The translations under genes were made by a program, and so were the position numbers. Positions 15,083-29,508 of a stretch of 64,000 nucleotides of DNA are shown here, in pieces. Under the pieces are notes generated by a model. That model did no database searches. It was not told the origin of the DNA and saw only the letters and a list, made by a program, of their open reading frames with translations. The stretch spans positions 13,144,001 through 13,208,000 of the forward strand of contig OX597815.1 of the NCBI GenBank assembly GCA_951406725.2. Direction: 5' to 3'. Source of the stretch: Octopus vulgaris. Taxonomy: Eukaryota. Within the stretch, counting starts at the first letter, position 1. Each line of letters opens with the position of its first letter.

Positions 15083-15871
15083 GAGAAAGGTAATATAGCT
15101 AGGTGTTGGGCGAAGGAAGAAGTCCCTCCAGGCGACACCTTTACAGAGACACCTTGGTGCTGGTGTATAAACCTGTATTGGTTTACAGGCGGAGCAGTAA
15201 CGGTATATCGCCTGTGCTACTGAAATATAATTCAGAAGAAGAAAGGGTGAAAGAAAGAGGCGGAAAGAAAGACTAGGTACTGAAATTTAGTTGAATGGTC
15301 ACTTCGTTTATAGGAACTTATCTCTTAGCATGACGGACTTGAATCAGAAAATATCAACGGTATACGCCCAAACACAAGGACACAGAAATACATACAGACA
15401 AACATACACACACACACACAAACACACACACATACCCTCCATTCACCCTCATATTGTTGACATAAAAATTGGTATCATCACACATTGTTATCATGCTGAT
15501 ATATTATAGCAATTGTTACCGATTAGTTATTCAAAAGACGATTGTATTGAGGTTGGTGTTCTAATTTCTAATGGTTTTCGTTTCGGCGATGGTGTTGGTA
15601 GTGTTGGTTGGTTGCGGGGGTTGCACGTTGCTCTTCCTAATTGTATTGTCGTAACTGTTACTTTCATGTAAATCCTCACTGACCTAAGATCAAAGACTTT
15701 TATTCAACATATACAATACAATAATGTACTGCATTAATTCATCTCGTTGTCTTTTATATTAGATACAATTCCTTATGTTTTTTCATACTAATGATGCTGA
15801 TCACTAAGGAGTTAGTGGCTTGATAATAACCGTCAATATATTGATGATAGCGGCGATGGACATGGTGAAGC

Positions 15872-15872
<1 letters not shown>

Positions 15873-15920
<48 letters not shown>

Positions 15921-15949
15921 ATGTGTGTGTGTATGTGTGTGTTTGTATG

Positions 15950-16041
<92 letters not shown>

Positions 16042-16340
16042 TTATGTATGTATATATATAATGTGTATATGTATATATTTATGTGTATATATATATATAT
16101 ATGTATGTATAAAAAATATATATAAAAATGCAAAATGGGACAAGAACGCAAAACACTCAAAGAGACGACATATATATGTATATATATGTGTGTATATATA
16201 TGCACATATATATGAGTATATTTATATATGTATATATATATATGTTTATATAAATATATAAGTATATATATGTATATAAGTATATGTGTGTAAATATATA
16301 TATATATGTATATGTATGTGTGTATATATATGTATATATG

Positions 16341-16400
<60 letters not shown>
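15873..16400. repeat. Long compound (TA)n/(TG)n low-complexity tract
   Basis: Direct reading; one short unique island at about 16120-16170. Confidence 0.92.
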
Positions 16401-16406
<6 letters not shown>

Positions 16407-19400
16407 GGCAAATCATTAACGCACGGAGAATTCCAACCCAAAATCAACAAACGTCAAGTGGTTATTCACAGTGAATATTAATAGTCTGGCGCTCAATGAA
16501 AGTCTTAGAGGAAAAGAGAAATGCAGAAATACGACTCGGACACAAGGAGGAATTTGAAACAACAGGAAAAACGCGTACGATAAGTGGTTAGAAACAGGGC
16601 AACAAGACAAGTGCATAGCTATGAGCTTCATCGAAATATAACTGACCAGAAGTTTGAGACTGGGAAGATAAATTTATCCGAAGATAGAAGTATCTGTATT
16701 TGCATTGCGATGTGTGTTCGGTTCTGCGTGTGCATATACGAGCGCGTATGTCGTGTGGTTACATATGTCCTTAGGGTAAATTTTTGTATGTCTGTGTAGG
16801 TGTAAGTTTGTATGTGTGTGACGTGTAGCTTTGTAAGTGCACGTACGCATGCTAATGTGTGCATACGTGTGTGCGTCCATATGTGTGTATCTGGAGTAGG
16901 ATTATTGTCTATGCATGTGGATGCGCTTGCTTGTGAGGAAGAAATTGTGAGGTTGGAAACATCGACATCTTTCGTGCCGGGGTGATGTGAGGCGTTGTCT
17001 GTGAGGATACATTTTCAAACATAAATCTTAAGGAGATTAATCTCATGGCATATAGGATAGACTTTCTACATAGTTTACATTTGTTCTATAAGTTATGACT
17101 TAAATGATCGTTAATTTCATTATGATTATCGTTTGTTAGATCTTTATACCTTACTATAGTATGAACAGATTAATTTATATTTGGGATTCTATACCTAAAT
17201 ACTAAGTCTCACGGCAGTTTATACCATACGTGAAGTAAAAGAAGAGGTTGATTGATGGCAGAAGATGCCAATAGTCATCTGTATTGATACATTAGCTTCC
17301 TCTACAGAGTCAAATGTTCACAACATGATTTTTGATGATGGGATTACGGAGATCATGGATTCTTGAATGATATGTATAAGCTTTACTGGATCAAAGAATC
17401 CGTAAATATTAGGTAAAATTATAAACGTATAATTTTTAGCTTCATTGTTATGATCTAAGAAAATATTTTGGAACCATAATAGTCGAACACATGTAGTTTG
17501 GCAGTATTTTGAATATTGTAAGTTTTACATTTTACAGCTATCAGTATGACTGTCTGAAGATGAATTGAATTCAGAATGGTTGTTTGGAATATATGCCGAT
17601 TAAACTGCTTTATCCTCAAGCGAAAAATTTGATTCCTTCTCCAGAATCTGGAAGTAATAAATATCGTGTATATCATTCAGGGATTGTTAATAATAAACTA
17701 TGCAACAATGGTCGAGCTGAAGCCAGTTCTTAAATAGTCTTCCTTTCTCTTTATGCGTATATTTATTGCCTGATATAAGGAGATTTCTAAACTGTTATGC
17801 TCTTGCTACCAGTTATCATTGTTCTCATATATATATGAAAATATATCAGGAACATATTTGTATTTGGTAATTTCTAATCCTATTGCTCCCTCGGCGAACG
17901 GAAATATGTTCATTCTTGCTCTTATAATTACTTATTCACTGCTGAACATTTTCTCATTTGAATGTAAAATCCATAAAACCTACAGATCTCTGTTAGCATA
18001 AAACTCCCATTTCTTTCAATAAAATACTATTTTGTCTAATATTACGAAATAAGAGGAATACCTTTCCGTTGACAAAAGAATACGTGGAAACGAATCATTA
18101 ATGCCGTACCTATGAGCTATATACTATAAATATCGATATGTTCTCTCTACCATCATATGGACGCTACACACCATTATTGTTTGTATACAACCAACACAGT
18201 TATATTTCTGTTTTTACTATTGGTAATTATTTTATCAACTGCTGTATGATCAGAAGCTAAGAATACCCAACTGAGAATGAAATTTAGAAAGATTTACTAC
18301 GAATGCAATATTCTATTATCAAAATAAAATAAAAACCAATCTGTTAAATTTATGTATTGCTTTGGAAGTGATAAATTGCTAAATATAAAATTAGCATTTT
18401 TAAATAAGAAAATACGTAATTCGTACATAGTTTCTGCATGAATAATATTTTTCCCAATGGTACAAGCTATGTGCAGAGTTATGTTACATATGGAATGAAG
18501 AGCATTGCAAGAATGGACCTATTATATCGAAATATATCGACGCCAGAGACGTGACCTTAAGTCCACCTTCATTGATATCGTACTCAGGAATAAATTGCTC
18601 CTATGTATTTTACCCTGAGAACTATTATTTCTTGTTTCTTAGTGTTCAAAACAAATATAAACCAAATTCAATATCTCCCTCTCGTTTTTATTAGCCAATA
18701 AACCATTCCCCTTGCTTTAAGTATGACATTTCATAATTTCATATAAACGGTTTGGAGTTTAGAGGAATTTACGCTATAATATAACTGATCATTATCAGAA
18801 GATTCCAGCCTGATGCAAATGTGTGTTAACAACTAAGTGGCTAAAACATTCACCAAAATATAATGCAACTAATATTAACAAAGATGGATTTTGTAAAAAT
18901 ATTCGTTAATCTTATGCTTCTTATGAAATATTAGACACGTTTAATTATCATTTCAGTATAGATTTCATCCACATGGATAATTTTGATCGTAATTGTCTGA
19001 AATTAATGTTAAATTAAAAAGGCACTTTTGGTTTCCTTCTCTTCAGATTGCTGTTTTTTCATATAGACCTATATAGGCAGGCATCGGTCAAAATATACAG
19101 CACACAGCTTAATCATCGAATGATGAGGCATGCGCGCACACACATACATATAATTGAGGTTCAGTTGAATTAGGTACTTAAGTTGAAGCACTAAGTCAGT
19201 CTGGTATTATCCGGACTGCTCGAAGTAAGGTGAATAAAAACAAAATTAACTACAGGATATCAAGATGTGATGCAGTACGACCGTTTCAAGCGACTCCATT
19301 TAGTTGAACAACCTAGTCATTATATCAATTTAAATGCAATGCCGTCTTCAGGGTCACAAATAAATAAATGGAATTTTAACAAGCAGGACATATTGATATA

Positions 19401-19833
19401 AATCTTCTGAAATATTTTAACAAATGTATATACAATCTCTCACTAGTGAGAACAAAATGAGAAGCTACAACGGATATCGACAATTTATTTGACTATGTGA
19501 CGTTTCGAATATTTTACATATGCGGTAATATCCAGTGTATTTCTCAACGAAAGCAAGAAGTTATCTGCTATTGGCCAGAGTGGTATCAGAGACGGTAAAT
19601 GTTGTCCAGAATTTATACTTGCAGATTTGTCGATTTGAATGATCGCTGATGAAAACTTCTAAGTTTTATGGCCAAGTCAAACGTATTCTTGTTTCACATA
19701 CCGAGTAGGAACTTGTTTTCTTTGATATCAATAGCCTAACACAAATACACGTCACCAACTGAATACGAAAACCTATAACCACAGACGCATACACACACAT
19801 ACGCACACAGACACACACAATATAATATAAATA

Positions 19834-19874
<41 letters not shown>

Positions 19875-19908
19875 AGTAGTTGAATGAATTATCTTATTAT
19901 GGATATAT

Positions 19909-19964
<56 letters not shown>

Positions 19965-20489
19965 CAGCATAAACGTGGACGAATCCAAAGGAACTAACAA
20001 GACGTTGTATTATGAATAGGCGAAAGTTGTTTGTAAGATTTCAGACACGACCACATATTTATTTGAGAATGCTGCTTCATCTCACATAAATAACCGAGCC
20101 ATTCCAATAACATTCACAGTAAAAGCATTCTCAAAATCTTGACAGAAACACATATTTAGACATATAAATATATACAAACAGCCATATATATATATATGCA
20201 TTATACTATTTATTTATTTAATTGAACCCGACGCATCCATTTTCAAGTAAGTTTATCTTCACCCGTTTTTATTTGAATCTTTACTTATTTACTTCCTCTT
20301 CTCTTTTTTTCCTTCTTCCTCCATCTTCCGCTAGTTCGTTTTTAACCCTTCCGTCCTTCCCCGTTCTTTATCTGTCTCTGTTTCTCTCTGTCTCTCTGTC
20401 TGTGTTTCCTCAAACGTGACCATCGTCCATCCTTCTATTCCTCTATTGACCATATTTCTTTCTCTGCTCGGAGGTCTAAAGGACAGGAC

Positions 20490-20520
<31 letters not shown>

Positions 20521-20910
20521 CCTCTCTCTCTCTCTCTCAGTTCTATCTTTTCTCTTATACAATATTCCCCTGAGTTCAATATTCTTCATTCGTACCGGTC
20601 TAGCGACCCTCCATCTCTATTTTCCTTCGGCTTGCTTGTATGTCTCCACTCTTCTTTTATGTTTCCAAATTTGACCCTCCATAGATCCTAAATCTTATTT
20701 TAGAATTTATGGAACATACTGTCTCTGAAGAATTATATTGACATTTGAACGCCCGACATGAGGAGTAGACGACCGACAACTGACGTTTCCATTTTTTCTC
20801 GTTGCTACGTATTTCACTCATTTTGTCCTGTATTTACTGACCACCTCTTCTGTCTATCGCTCGTGTGTATGCTATTTGCGCTGTTGGTGATGTCATTTAC
20901 CCCATATATG

Positions 20911-20988
<78 letters not shown>

Positions 20989-22033
20989 GAGGGAATATTA
21001 TTCCAAACTTACAGGATAAATTTCAATCTAGAAATAATAAATCAAATTTCAAAAAAAATTTTTGTTATCTATGTGAACAATTTTATAAATTTTTAATTAT
21101 TGCAAATAATTATGTTTAACTCTACTACAGAGATAATTGACTTGGTAGAACATTATATGCAGTGGAGTATATAACTGGGAAGTTTCATACATATGCCTAC
21201 GCACAATTGCTTGCATGTGTGAGTCAAGTGGAAAAATAATATTCCCGTTCGTATACCCACACATATCAGCCATATATGAAGAATTGATAAAAGCGTATAT
21301 ATATGCATATGCACGTCTCATATTTATAAAACTCATTTCTATAGCATTGAATCTACATACATAATAGTATATTTACACAGAAACACACACAACCACACAT
21401 TCACACACGAGTCTGTGTATATCCATATATATATATGCATGTGTGTCTGTGTATCTGTGTGTGTCCGTGTGTTTGTGTGTGTGCGTGCGTGCGTGGGCAC
21501 GTACGTACGTGCTAAAGTGTGTGATGTTTAAATTTTTCAGATGTTGACCAGAAATATTTCAAATGTCAAATTTAGGTGTACTTCAAAATCAAAGGTCAAT
21601 CTCTATAACTTTGATGGCACACTGATGAAATGTATATGCAGGCGTTGAAATTCGCGTCAATTCATTTGACCTTTGGAAGTGGATAGTGAGATGGGAAGTA
21701 GGTGTACGTAGGAAAGATAAAAGTGAACACATCAGACACATGTATCCAACGTCATTGGTGTGAAAGATATATATATATATATATATGGAAATTAAATTTG
21801 CACAATCGCATTGATTGAAAAATATTCTTATATTCAAGTTTTGAAGTATGTTCCAATCGTGTGTTAGTGATATAGAGAAACGTATACATGCAATGGGTAT
21901 GTGGTGATTCTATGTTTCGATATTCGGGGTCTTATATGCATAGTATATATTAATCTTTGTTGCACATACATAAACTGAAATAATCACATGCATACATACA
22001 CAAACACACACGCTTACACAAAAACATGCATAA

Positions 22034-22448
22034 GCGCAGGAGTGGCTGTGTGGTAAGTAGCTTGTCTACCAGCCACATTGTTCCAGGTTCAGTCCCACTG
22101 CGTGGCACCTTGAGCGAGTTTCTTCTACTATAGCCTCGGGACGACCAAAGCCTTGTGAGTTGATTTGGTAGACGGAAACTGAAAGAAGCCCGTCGTATAT
22201 ATGTATATATATATATATATATATACGTGTGTGTGTTTGTGTGTCTGTGTTTGTTCCCCTAGCATTGCTTGACAACCGATGCTGGTGTGTTTATGTCTCC
22301 GTCACTTAGCGGTTCGGCAAAAGAGACCGATAGAATAAGTACTGGGCTTACAAAAGAATAAGTCCATGGGTCGAGTTGCTCGATTAAAGGCGATGCTCCA
22401 GCATGGCCGCAGTCAAATGACTGAAACAAGTAAAAGAGTAAAAGAGTA
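22034..22448 (+). mobile_element. Full-length SINE family A (tRNA head, CORE-like segment, internal microsatellite)
   Basis: A box TGGCTGTGTGG, B-box-like GGTTCAGTCCC, GGCACCTTG(A/G)GC.AGT, internal (TA)n(TG)n, (GTAAAAGA)n tail; collinear with the copy at 38964. Confidence 0.93.
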
Positions 22449-22480
22449 TACCCACACACATACACGTACGCATATATATA

Positions 22481-22708
22481 TATATAAGGTGCGGTGGGAA
22501 TGCGTGTACAGATATTATTTCGTTTTGCACCTGTAATGTACTAATTAAGTATATTATAAGTTTACTAATCAAAATTGTGCTCCATTTTATGTTAGCTGTG
22601 GGTCATTCTTAAGTTTGATTTTAGCGCAAGAAATATTCTATGGCATTCACAGCGAGCAATAGGGCTGTGATGTTGATGAGAGACCAATGACATTTGTAAT
22701 ATGCATAT
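22481..22708 (+). repeat. Segment A, diverged duplicate of 24400-24642
   Basis: Shared TATATAAGGTGCGGTGGGAATGC...CATTTGTAATATGCATAT with substitutions and a ~20 bp indel. Confidence 0.9.
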
Positions 22709-22988
22709 ATACTCATCACCTAATTTTACTATCTTGATCGCATTAATTACCTAAAGGAATTCATATACGAAACGTAGTAACTTTCATTGTTCTCTCGGAA
22801 CTCTATAGTATTTCTGTAGAGATGAAGTTAAAAGATAAGCTGATACTTAAACAGTGAAGTAGACACATACAAAAATAGAGACTTATATATAGATGGATAA
22901 GTAGATACGCAGATATATGTAGATATATATATTTGTATATTTATACACATACATAAATATATATACATATACATATGTCTCTCTCTCG

Positions 22989-23022
<34 letters not shown>

Positions 23023-23023
23023 G

Positions 23024-23100
<77 letters not shown>

Positions 23101-23103
<3 letters not shown>

Positions 23104-23450
23104 GGGAGAGTTCACGAAAAAAAAAACAACAAAAGATGAAGACAGGTGCTGTAGAATTTAGAAAGCAAACAGATGTGTTAGTATAACGCTGGGGAATTGA
23201 AAAATTTTTTAACGTTTCGAGCCTACGCTCTTCCACAGAAAGGAGCACAGAAAGAAACAAGGAGAGAAAGAAGGATAGAGAAATTGTGTGTAGTGGCTAC
23301 CCATCTATCATGGCGAATGCCGGACTGAAGGGTCACACAGGAGACGGCAGAAGTAGGGAAGATAACAAAGTAGTAGTGATCTCAAAACGAAGATGCGCGT
23401 GTGTGTAAGAGAGTTCGTATGTGCGTGTGAAAGAGTGCTGGTGATATACA
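23101..23450 (-). mobile_element. PLE pseudo-LTR fragment with A6U hammerhead motif (23207-23242)
   Basis: Homologous to 57641-57960; CTTT-CTGTGGA-A-GAGC-gtag-GCTC-GAA-ACGT-T-AAA. Confidence 0.8.
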
Positions 23451-24112
23451 TAGATATATAAGGTTTTAGGGGTTATTCTCAGGCCTTGGCTTTGTTGTAT
23501 TAAATAAATTTAACATTTTAATGTTGTACTAGCAAAAAATTAGGGAGTATATTCTATTCCTATTTTCCACGGTTTTTAAATCGTTCTCAAAGATTTACTT
23601 GAAAATGCAGAATCAAAACGAGCAGGAAACACCAGCAAATATGAAATGTTTCTCGCCTGTCTGGGTGAAAAAGAAAATATTTTGATGAAACTATTAGTGA
23701 GACATTTCTTGTTAATTTATAATTACTGATTAGCCTGAATGTATTAGGTGAATCTATCAATGACTAAAATGTCGAAGCTACCACTTAGCTCTTCGCATTT
23801 TCCTCAAAGAAAAAAATACTGTTGTTGCAGCAGTGTAATTAAAGATATCCATTTATGACCTATTTTCGTAAGTGCTGATATTAGGTCAAGCTGAAACAGC
23901 CTCCAAGCATGTGGTATTAAGAGAGTACTTGTGAACACATTGCATCTTTGAACCAACTCAATTAAATATATTTCAAGTGTGTGAAGGCGTTGAATACGAT
24001 CTAATATTGTACGTTTGAAAATTACAACTTCACATCGGTTGGAAGACAGCGAGAAAGGTGCGTCTTATCTTACAGCCTGAAGTCAGATTTAATGTACAAA
24101 ATCTGAATAAAA

Positions 24113-24869
24113 ATGTTTATCAAAGTTAAAATGTGAAATCATTTATTAAAAGCAGATGTGTCTCCGAGGCTTCCACTCTTTCTGAAGGCAAACTTTTTTG
24201 TCTCACAGATGTGTCACCACCAACGCTGCATGTACACCACATCATACAAACACATATTCTCTTACTTTACTACAGAACACCCACGTCCTACAGTAACAGT
24301 AATTCTCCTTTTCCATTTCAAATGCACACCACATGTGAATACGTACATAAACACACACAAACACATACACATACATACACACACATGCATATGTACATAT
24401 ATATAAGGTGCGGTGGGAATGCATGTACAGATATTATTTTGCACCTGTAATGTACTAATTAAGTATATTATAAGTTTACTAATCAAAATTGTGCTTCATT
24501 CTATGTTAGCTGTCGTCATTTCTAAGTTTGATTTTATCGTAAAAATGTTTCTATGGCATTCACAGTCAGCAATAGGGTGTGGATAGTTTTGCCGTCGGAT
24601 GTGATGCTGATGGGAGGGCAATAACATTTGTAATATGCATATGTTTATCAAAGTTAAAATGTGAAATCATTTATTAAAAGCAGATGTGTCTCCGAGGCTT
24701 CCACTCTTTCTGAAGGCAAACTTTTTTGTCTCACAGATGTGTCACCACCAACGCTGCATGTACACCACATCATACAAACACATATTCTCTTACTTTACTA
24801 CAGAACACCCACGTCCTACAGTAACAGTAATTCTCCTTTTCTATTTCAAATGCACACCACATGTGAATA
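24113..24869 (+). repeat. Near-identical 229-bp direct repeat (24113-24341 and 24641-24869)
   Basis: Offset 528 bp; one mismatch seen (TTCCATTTC vs TTCTATTTC). ORFs 24133 and 24661 are near-identical duplicates. Confidence 0.95.
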
Positions 24870-25774
24870 ACTCCATATAGCGACTGAAAATTCTGCTAAA
24901 CTCCTAAATCAAACTAGAGAAAAATCATAGCTTGATGATCACAAGAAATGAAGATTTAAAGGTTAGGACTGAGACGTTGAGTACCAAATTTTCTTCACCC
25001 AAGACAAGTCAAGTGTGGATGTTTGGATGCCGAATGACAATGCAAGAAGAAAGTACGTTTAAGAAAAATGTACTTTCACTATGCATTATGTAAGAACAAG
25101 TAGAAGCACGTAAGAGTACATCTCGCGGAGGAAAAGGGCAATTTCCCGTGTGGTATCAATGTTCGCCGTACAGAGGGGATCAAATTGCTTGTCGTGCAGC
25201 TTTACATAATATGTGTCCTATATAATTATGTACTTGTTATCCACCTTACACATTGTCTATATTCTAAATTATAAGAAAATACAATTTTGAAAATTTACAA
25301 AATATTTCATTTTTTTCTCATAAGAAACAAGGAAATTCTTGATACATATGTGAATATACTATGTGACCCCCCACAAAATAGTGGCAGTACTTGAAATAAA
25401 GGTCATTTAATAAATTTTCTACTAATTCGCTGCTGATATCTTTCAATCCAAAATAGACTTTGAAATTGCTCCGATGATAATATGATACAATACTCACTCC
25501 ATACAAAGTTCACCAGCAACTGAGCCAAATATGATTGTATTTGTGAGAATCTCTAAATATATGTTTATATGTTCATATTGCTTCTAGGAATTACGTCAAC
25601 CCAATTAGGTACGTGTGCTACCCAATTTTACTCATGTATTGAATACTGGGAAGGTAAAGTATTTGTGTGCAATTTCATTGTGCTTGAATGAAAACATTTC
25701 TGAAATAATGAACGGGATGTAAAGTTGATTAATCGATGAATGTGAGATAGACACTGCTTGACATTATAGATTGT

Positions 25775-26130
25775 ATGCAACAACCAGAAACGTTTAAACT
25801 ATGCTGCATCCGTAGATAATTCTACTAACTACTGTATCGAGCTGACTATTAATTTTAAACGGAGATTTTCTGCACCTGTAAGATCATTTAAGTATGAGAA
25901 GCATAGCAAATCTACCTTCTTAATTAACCATATAAACCATCGAAAATATAAGAGGAAGCCATACAGGATATCCTCGGCCATAATAGAATACCAAGACCTG
26001 CGATCCAGTTGTAGACAATGCCTACAAGAAGCCTACGGAATATTAATACATAATTCACAGCAATCACTAAATAAACAAAACGGAGCTTTTCTACATGTTA
26101 TCATAAGTTCTATCACACCTACAAATGCTT
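25775..26130 (+). mobile_element. Degenerate PLE GIY-YIG endonuclease C-terminus
   Basis: Frameshifted YAASV..NYCIELTINFKRRFSA..RSFKYEKHSKST and CRQCLQEAYGIL...SLNK..TCYHKF match the PLE pattern YIG.T..FK.R..H..SF / C.LC..E...LN...C.H. Confidence 0.6.
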
Positions 26131-26197
26131 CCATAAGTTCAAATGCAAACAAAATCAACACGCATAATACGGTCTTTAAAATATATATATGGATTTA

Positions 26198-26431
26198 AGG
26201 CGGCGAGCTGGCAGAAACGTTAGCACGCCGGGCGAATTACGTAGCCGTATTTCGCCTGCCGTTACGTTCTGAGTTTAAATTCCGCCGAGATCGACTTTGC
26301 CTTTCATCCTTTTGGTGTCGATAAATTAAGCGCCAGTTACGCACTGGAGTCGATGTAATCGACTTAATCCGTTTGTCTATCCTTGTTTGTCCCTTCTATG
26401 GTTAGCCCCTTGTGGGTAATAAAGAAACAGA
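26198..26431 (+). mobile_element. SINE family B monomer
   Basis: Head GGCGGCGAGCTGGCAG, B-box-like GAGTTTAAATTCC, domain GCCTTTCATCC..GTCGATAAA. Confidence 0.92.
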
Positions 26432-27204
26432 TATGTATATGTATGTATATGTGCATGTCTTATATGTAGGCTTATGTGTATCTTTGTGTATATATGTATA
26501 TATATGTGTGTGGGTGTCTGTGTGTGTATACACCTTTTTCTTCCCCTACCTTTCTATCACTATATCTATCTTAGAAACCAATTAATTTCAACTCAATAAT
26601 TTTTAATTTTCATAGTTTTAGATTTTATTTTTTTTAGTTTGTAATTTACGTTTTAAATTTAAATTTTAATTTTTAATCATTTATCTCATATCATTTAATG
26701 GCTATTAAGCTTGAAATACAATTTTAAATATCTGGACTAAACTATTGTCTTTATAACTTTACCTAGATTGGCCTTCCACCTAATTCTACTGAGACTTTAA
26801 CGTTTGACCTCTGATCCTCATCAAATACAGAATATCTATATCATTGCCTTTAGTTTTATTTATTTACTTATATTATATTTGTATTATTTTTTACCTTGAT
26901 ACCACTATCTTATTTTTATTTTTCTTCCCTTTCTCCACTCTCCCATACACACTCGCTCACAAAACCCATTTATGTTATATATGACATTACTTTTTTTCTT
27001 TTATTTTATTATGTTTAATATATTTTTATTTATATTTTACTTAGTTTATTATATTCTTATTTTTACCCTTTTAACAATATTTTTTTTCTAATCTTTTCGC
27101 CTATCAGTCTTTCTCAATTTCTCCTCTTTCCCTCTCATACACCTCCTCACAAACCCATTTAGGTCTCTCATATTTTCTCCCTCTATATACTCAGATTTTT
27201 TTTT

Positions 27205-27420
27205 TTTACTATCCACAAGGGGCTAAACACAGAGAGGACAAACATAGACAAACAAAGCGATTAAGTCGATTACATCGACCCCAGTGCGTAACTGGTACTT
27301 AATTTATCGACCCCGAAAGGCAAAGTCGACCTCGGCAGAATTTGAACTCAGAACGCAACGGCAGACGAAATACGGCTACGCATTTCGCCCGGCGTGCTAC
27401 CGTTTCTGCCAGCTCACCGG
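27205..27420 (-). mobile_element. SINE family B monomer with A-rich tail
   Basis: Reverse complement of the 26198 copy; T run at 27196-27207; imperfect TSD TCTATATA(C/A)TCA. Confidence 0.92.
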
Positions 27421-27721
27421 CTTTCGATCTATATAATCATTTACAATGTGAATACATCATTCAGAGTACTTCTAAAATACTGCCTGAATTTACCTGGGAT
27501 TGTAACTAAAAACCTGTAACTCAATGGAAGTACTGACCAATATCCATATCGCATGGAAAAAGATGAATTTTGAACATTATACTCCTGCCTTTATTCTTCT
27601 AACTACTTTTCTTATTTATTCTGATATTTTACTCCTTTATACTTCTGTTTTATTACTTATAAACCGTGGATTCTCTTCCTTGTAAACTGTAAATTTTCCT
27701 CGTCTAAAATATTCATACGTT

Positions 27722-27795
27722 TCTCTGATGACGGAACACCCAGTGCAAGGACATGCTAACCTACTACTTGTGTTATCCCAGAAACTGCTGTAAGA
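27722..27795 (+). ncRNA. Degenerate hammerhead motif in a PLE-type pseudo-LTR (about 27430-27890)
   Basis: TCT-CTGATGA-cGGAACAC...GTGTTatccca-GAA-AC-tgct-GT-A-AGA. The core is intact; the base of stem II is imperfect. Confidence 0.6.
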
Positions 27796-28023
27796 CTTCA
27801 AATTTACCTTATCCTAATTAAACTATTCTAAATAATTTGCGACACATGTCCTGCTTTGGGTTTCATTTTTCCTCCAATATAATATATACCTCCTATAACA
27901 GAACAGTAACACAGATCCCTAGATCCAGCTTTGACTGTGGTCTCGGAACCAAGCGGTCGACCATCTATAGCACTTACCCAGCGTACCTATTTGTTTACAT
28001 CACAAGTGATATCAGCGAATAAG

Positions 28024-28062
<39 letters not shown>

Positions 28063-28090
28063 ATGCATACATAATATATATATATATTTC

Positions 28091-29495
28091 ACCTTGTTTA
28101 AAGTGGCACTCTGTACTTTCCAACATGTGGCGGCATGTGCCACAGTTAGGCCGACCGCATTTTCTCACTTTGGTTCTTTTGTTAATGGATAATGTCTTGC
28201 TTTGGTTAATGTTTTTTCAATGATTTCGGTTGCATTTTCCTCTTGATAATTTTGTGTGAGACTAACATTTTTTTCATTGTTGTATCTCCTGTGATATTGG
28301 GTAGATTTCGGGTGATAATGTTGAAGGCTTCGTTGTTTCGAGGTTTACATGTGGAAATTTATGGGAGTATTTTTAAGTCTGGTGTTGTGTTTCGGTTGAC
28401 TTCCCTTAGTGTTCGTATGTCTGTTTCCTTTGTTCGTTTAATCCCATCATTTGTTAATGATGTTGGGTAATTTCACTTGATTAGTATTGATCAGACTTCA
28501 AGGAGTCTTCGTTCCCGAGTATTGGTGTCCGAAACTATGGTACAGATTCTTTTCGCTAGGTTATAGGTTTATTAATTTTTATGCGTCTGGGGTGGCATGA
28601 GTTGAATAATATTATTGTTAAGAATATGTGGGTTTATAGAAGAGGTCTGTTTCGATGTGGTTATTGACTATTAGGATGTCAAGAAAAATGAGTTGTTTAT
28701 TGCTGTATCCCATGGTAAATTGTATGTTGCTATTGATATTTTGCAATCTTGGAGTTTGTCCTTGCTATTTTTCCAGCGTACGCATCACTTATCTAAATAC
28801 CGCTTCTAGTTCTTTAAATAGCAATCAAATGAGGCGTCATATTTTTGTAGAGATGATTGGTATATTTTAAGTTCTAGGTAACCCATTAGAATGTTCGAGA
28901 TAACTGGAGCGGCCCGGGTTCCCATCGCAATTCCACATTTTTGTCGATAGTAGAATGCATCGAACATGAAATAGTTGTTCACTGGGATTAATTCCAGTGC
29001 TGAGATTATGAATCTGTGGTAGATGAGTCCTAGGATCTCTTCTGGGTATTTTTCTAGCCAGAAGGTGATTGCTTTTATGCAATGATCATGCGGGATATTG
29101 GTGTACGGGTTCTCCACATCGAATGCTACTAACAGGGTTCCTTCATTCATTGCCTTCGGGAGGTGGTTAAGCATGTCTAAGCCACCCCTGATGAAACATT
29201 TCACATATTTTAGAAACGTTTTGAGTAAGATGTCGAGGAAAATGCTCAAACAGTGAGTTTCACAGCAGGGTCCGCAATGATGGGTCCTTGTTTGAGATAA
29301 GTAGCGGGAGGAACATTAAAGCATATGCTTCGAGAATCTTTGCAAGCTTTATAAATATGTACATTTTTGTATATTTTAGGTAATCCGTAGAATGGACTAG
29401 CCCCGTATTTAAAATTGGATAAATAGTCAATTTTTGTTTTAGTGAGGCCCTTTCCATGTATTTGAAGTAAGATGGATAAGTTTTTAAGTGTCTTA
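28091..29495 (-). mobile_element. Penelope-like retroelement RT pseudogene fragment
   Basis: ORF 28806-29249 has FDVENPYTNIP and RQKCGIAMGTRAAP. Frameshifted continuation gives RYLD, IQFTM..FLDI..TDLFYKPT..NSCHP and KCGRPNCGTC. Confidence 0.92.
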
Positions 29496-29508
29496 TATAT
29501 ATATATAT

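Noticed and set aside
19275-19356. Minus-strand CTGAAGA...GAAACGGTC hammerhead candidate
   Set aside because: Core words are present but stems I and II do not pair convincingly; at best a decayed relic.
20721-20770. GTCT-CTGAAGA...GTAGAC hammerhead candidate
   Set aside because: No GAAA and no stem II.
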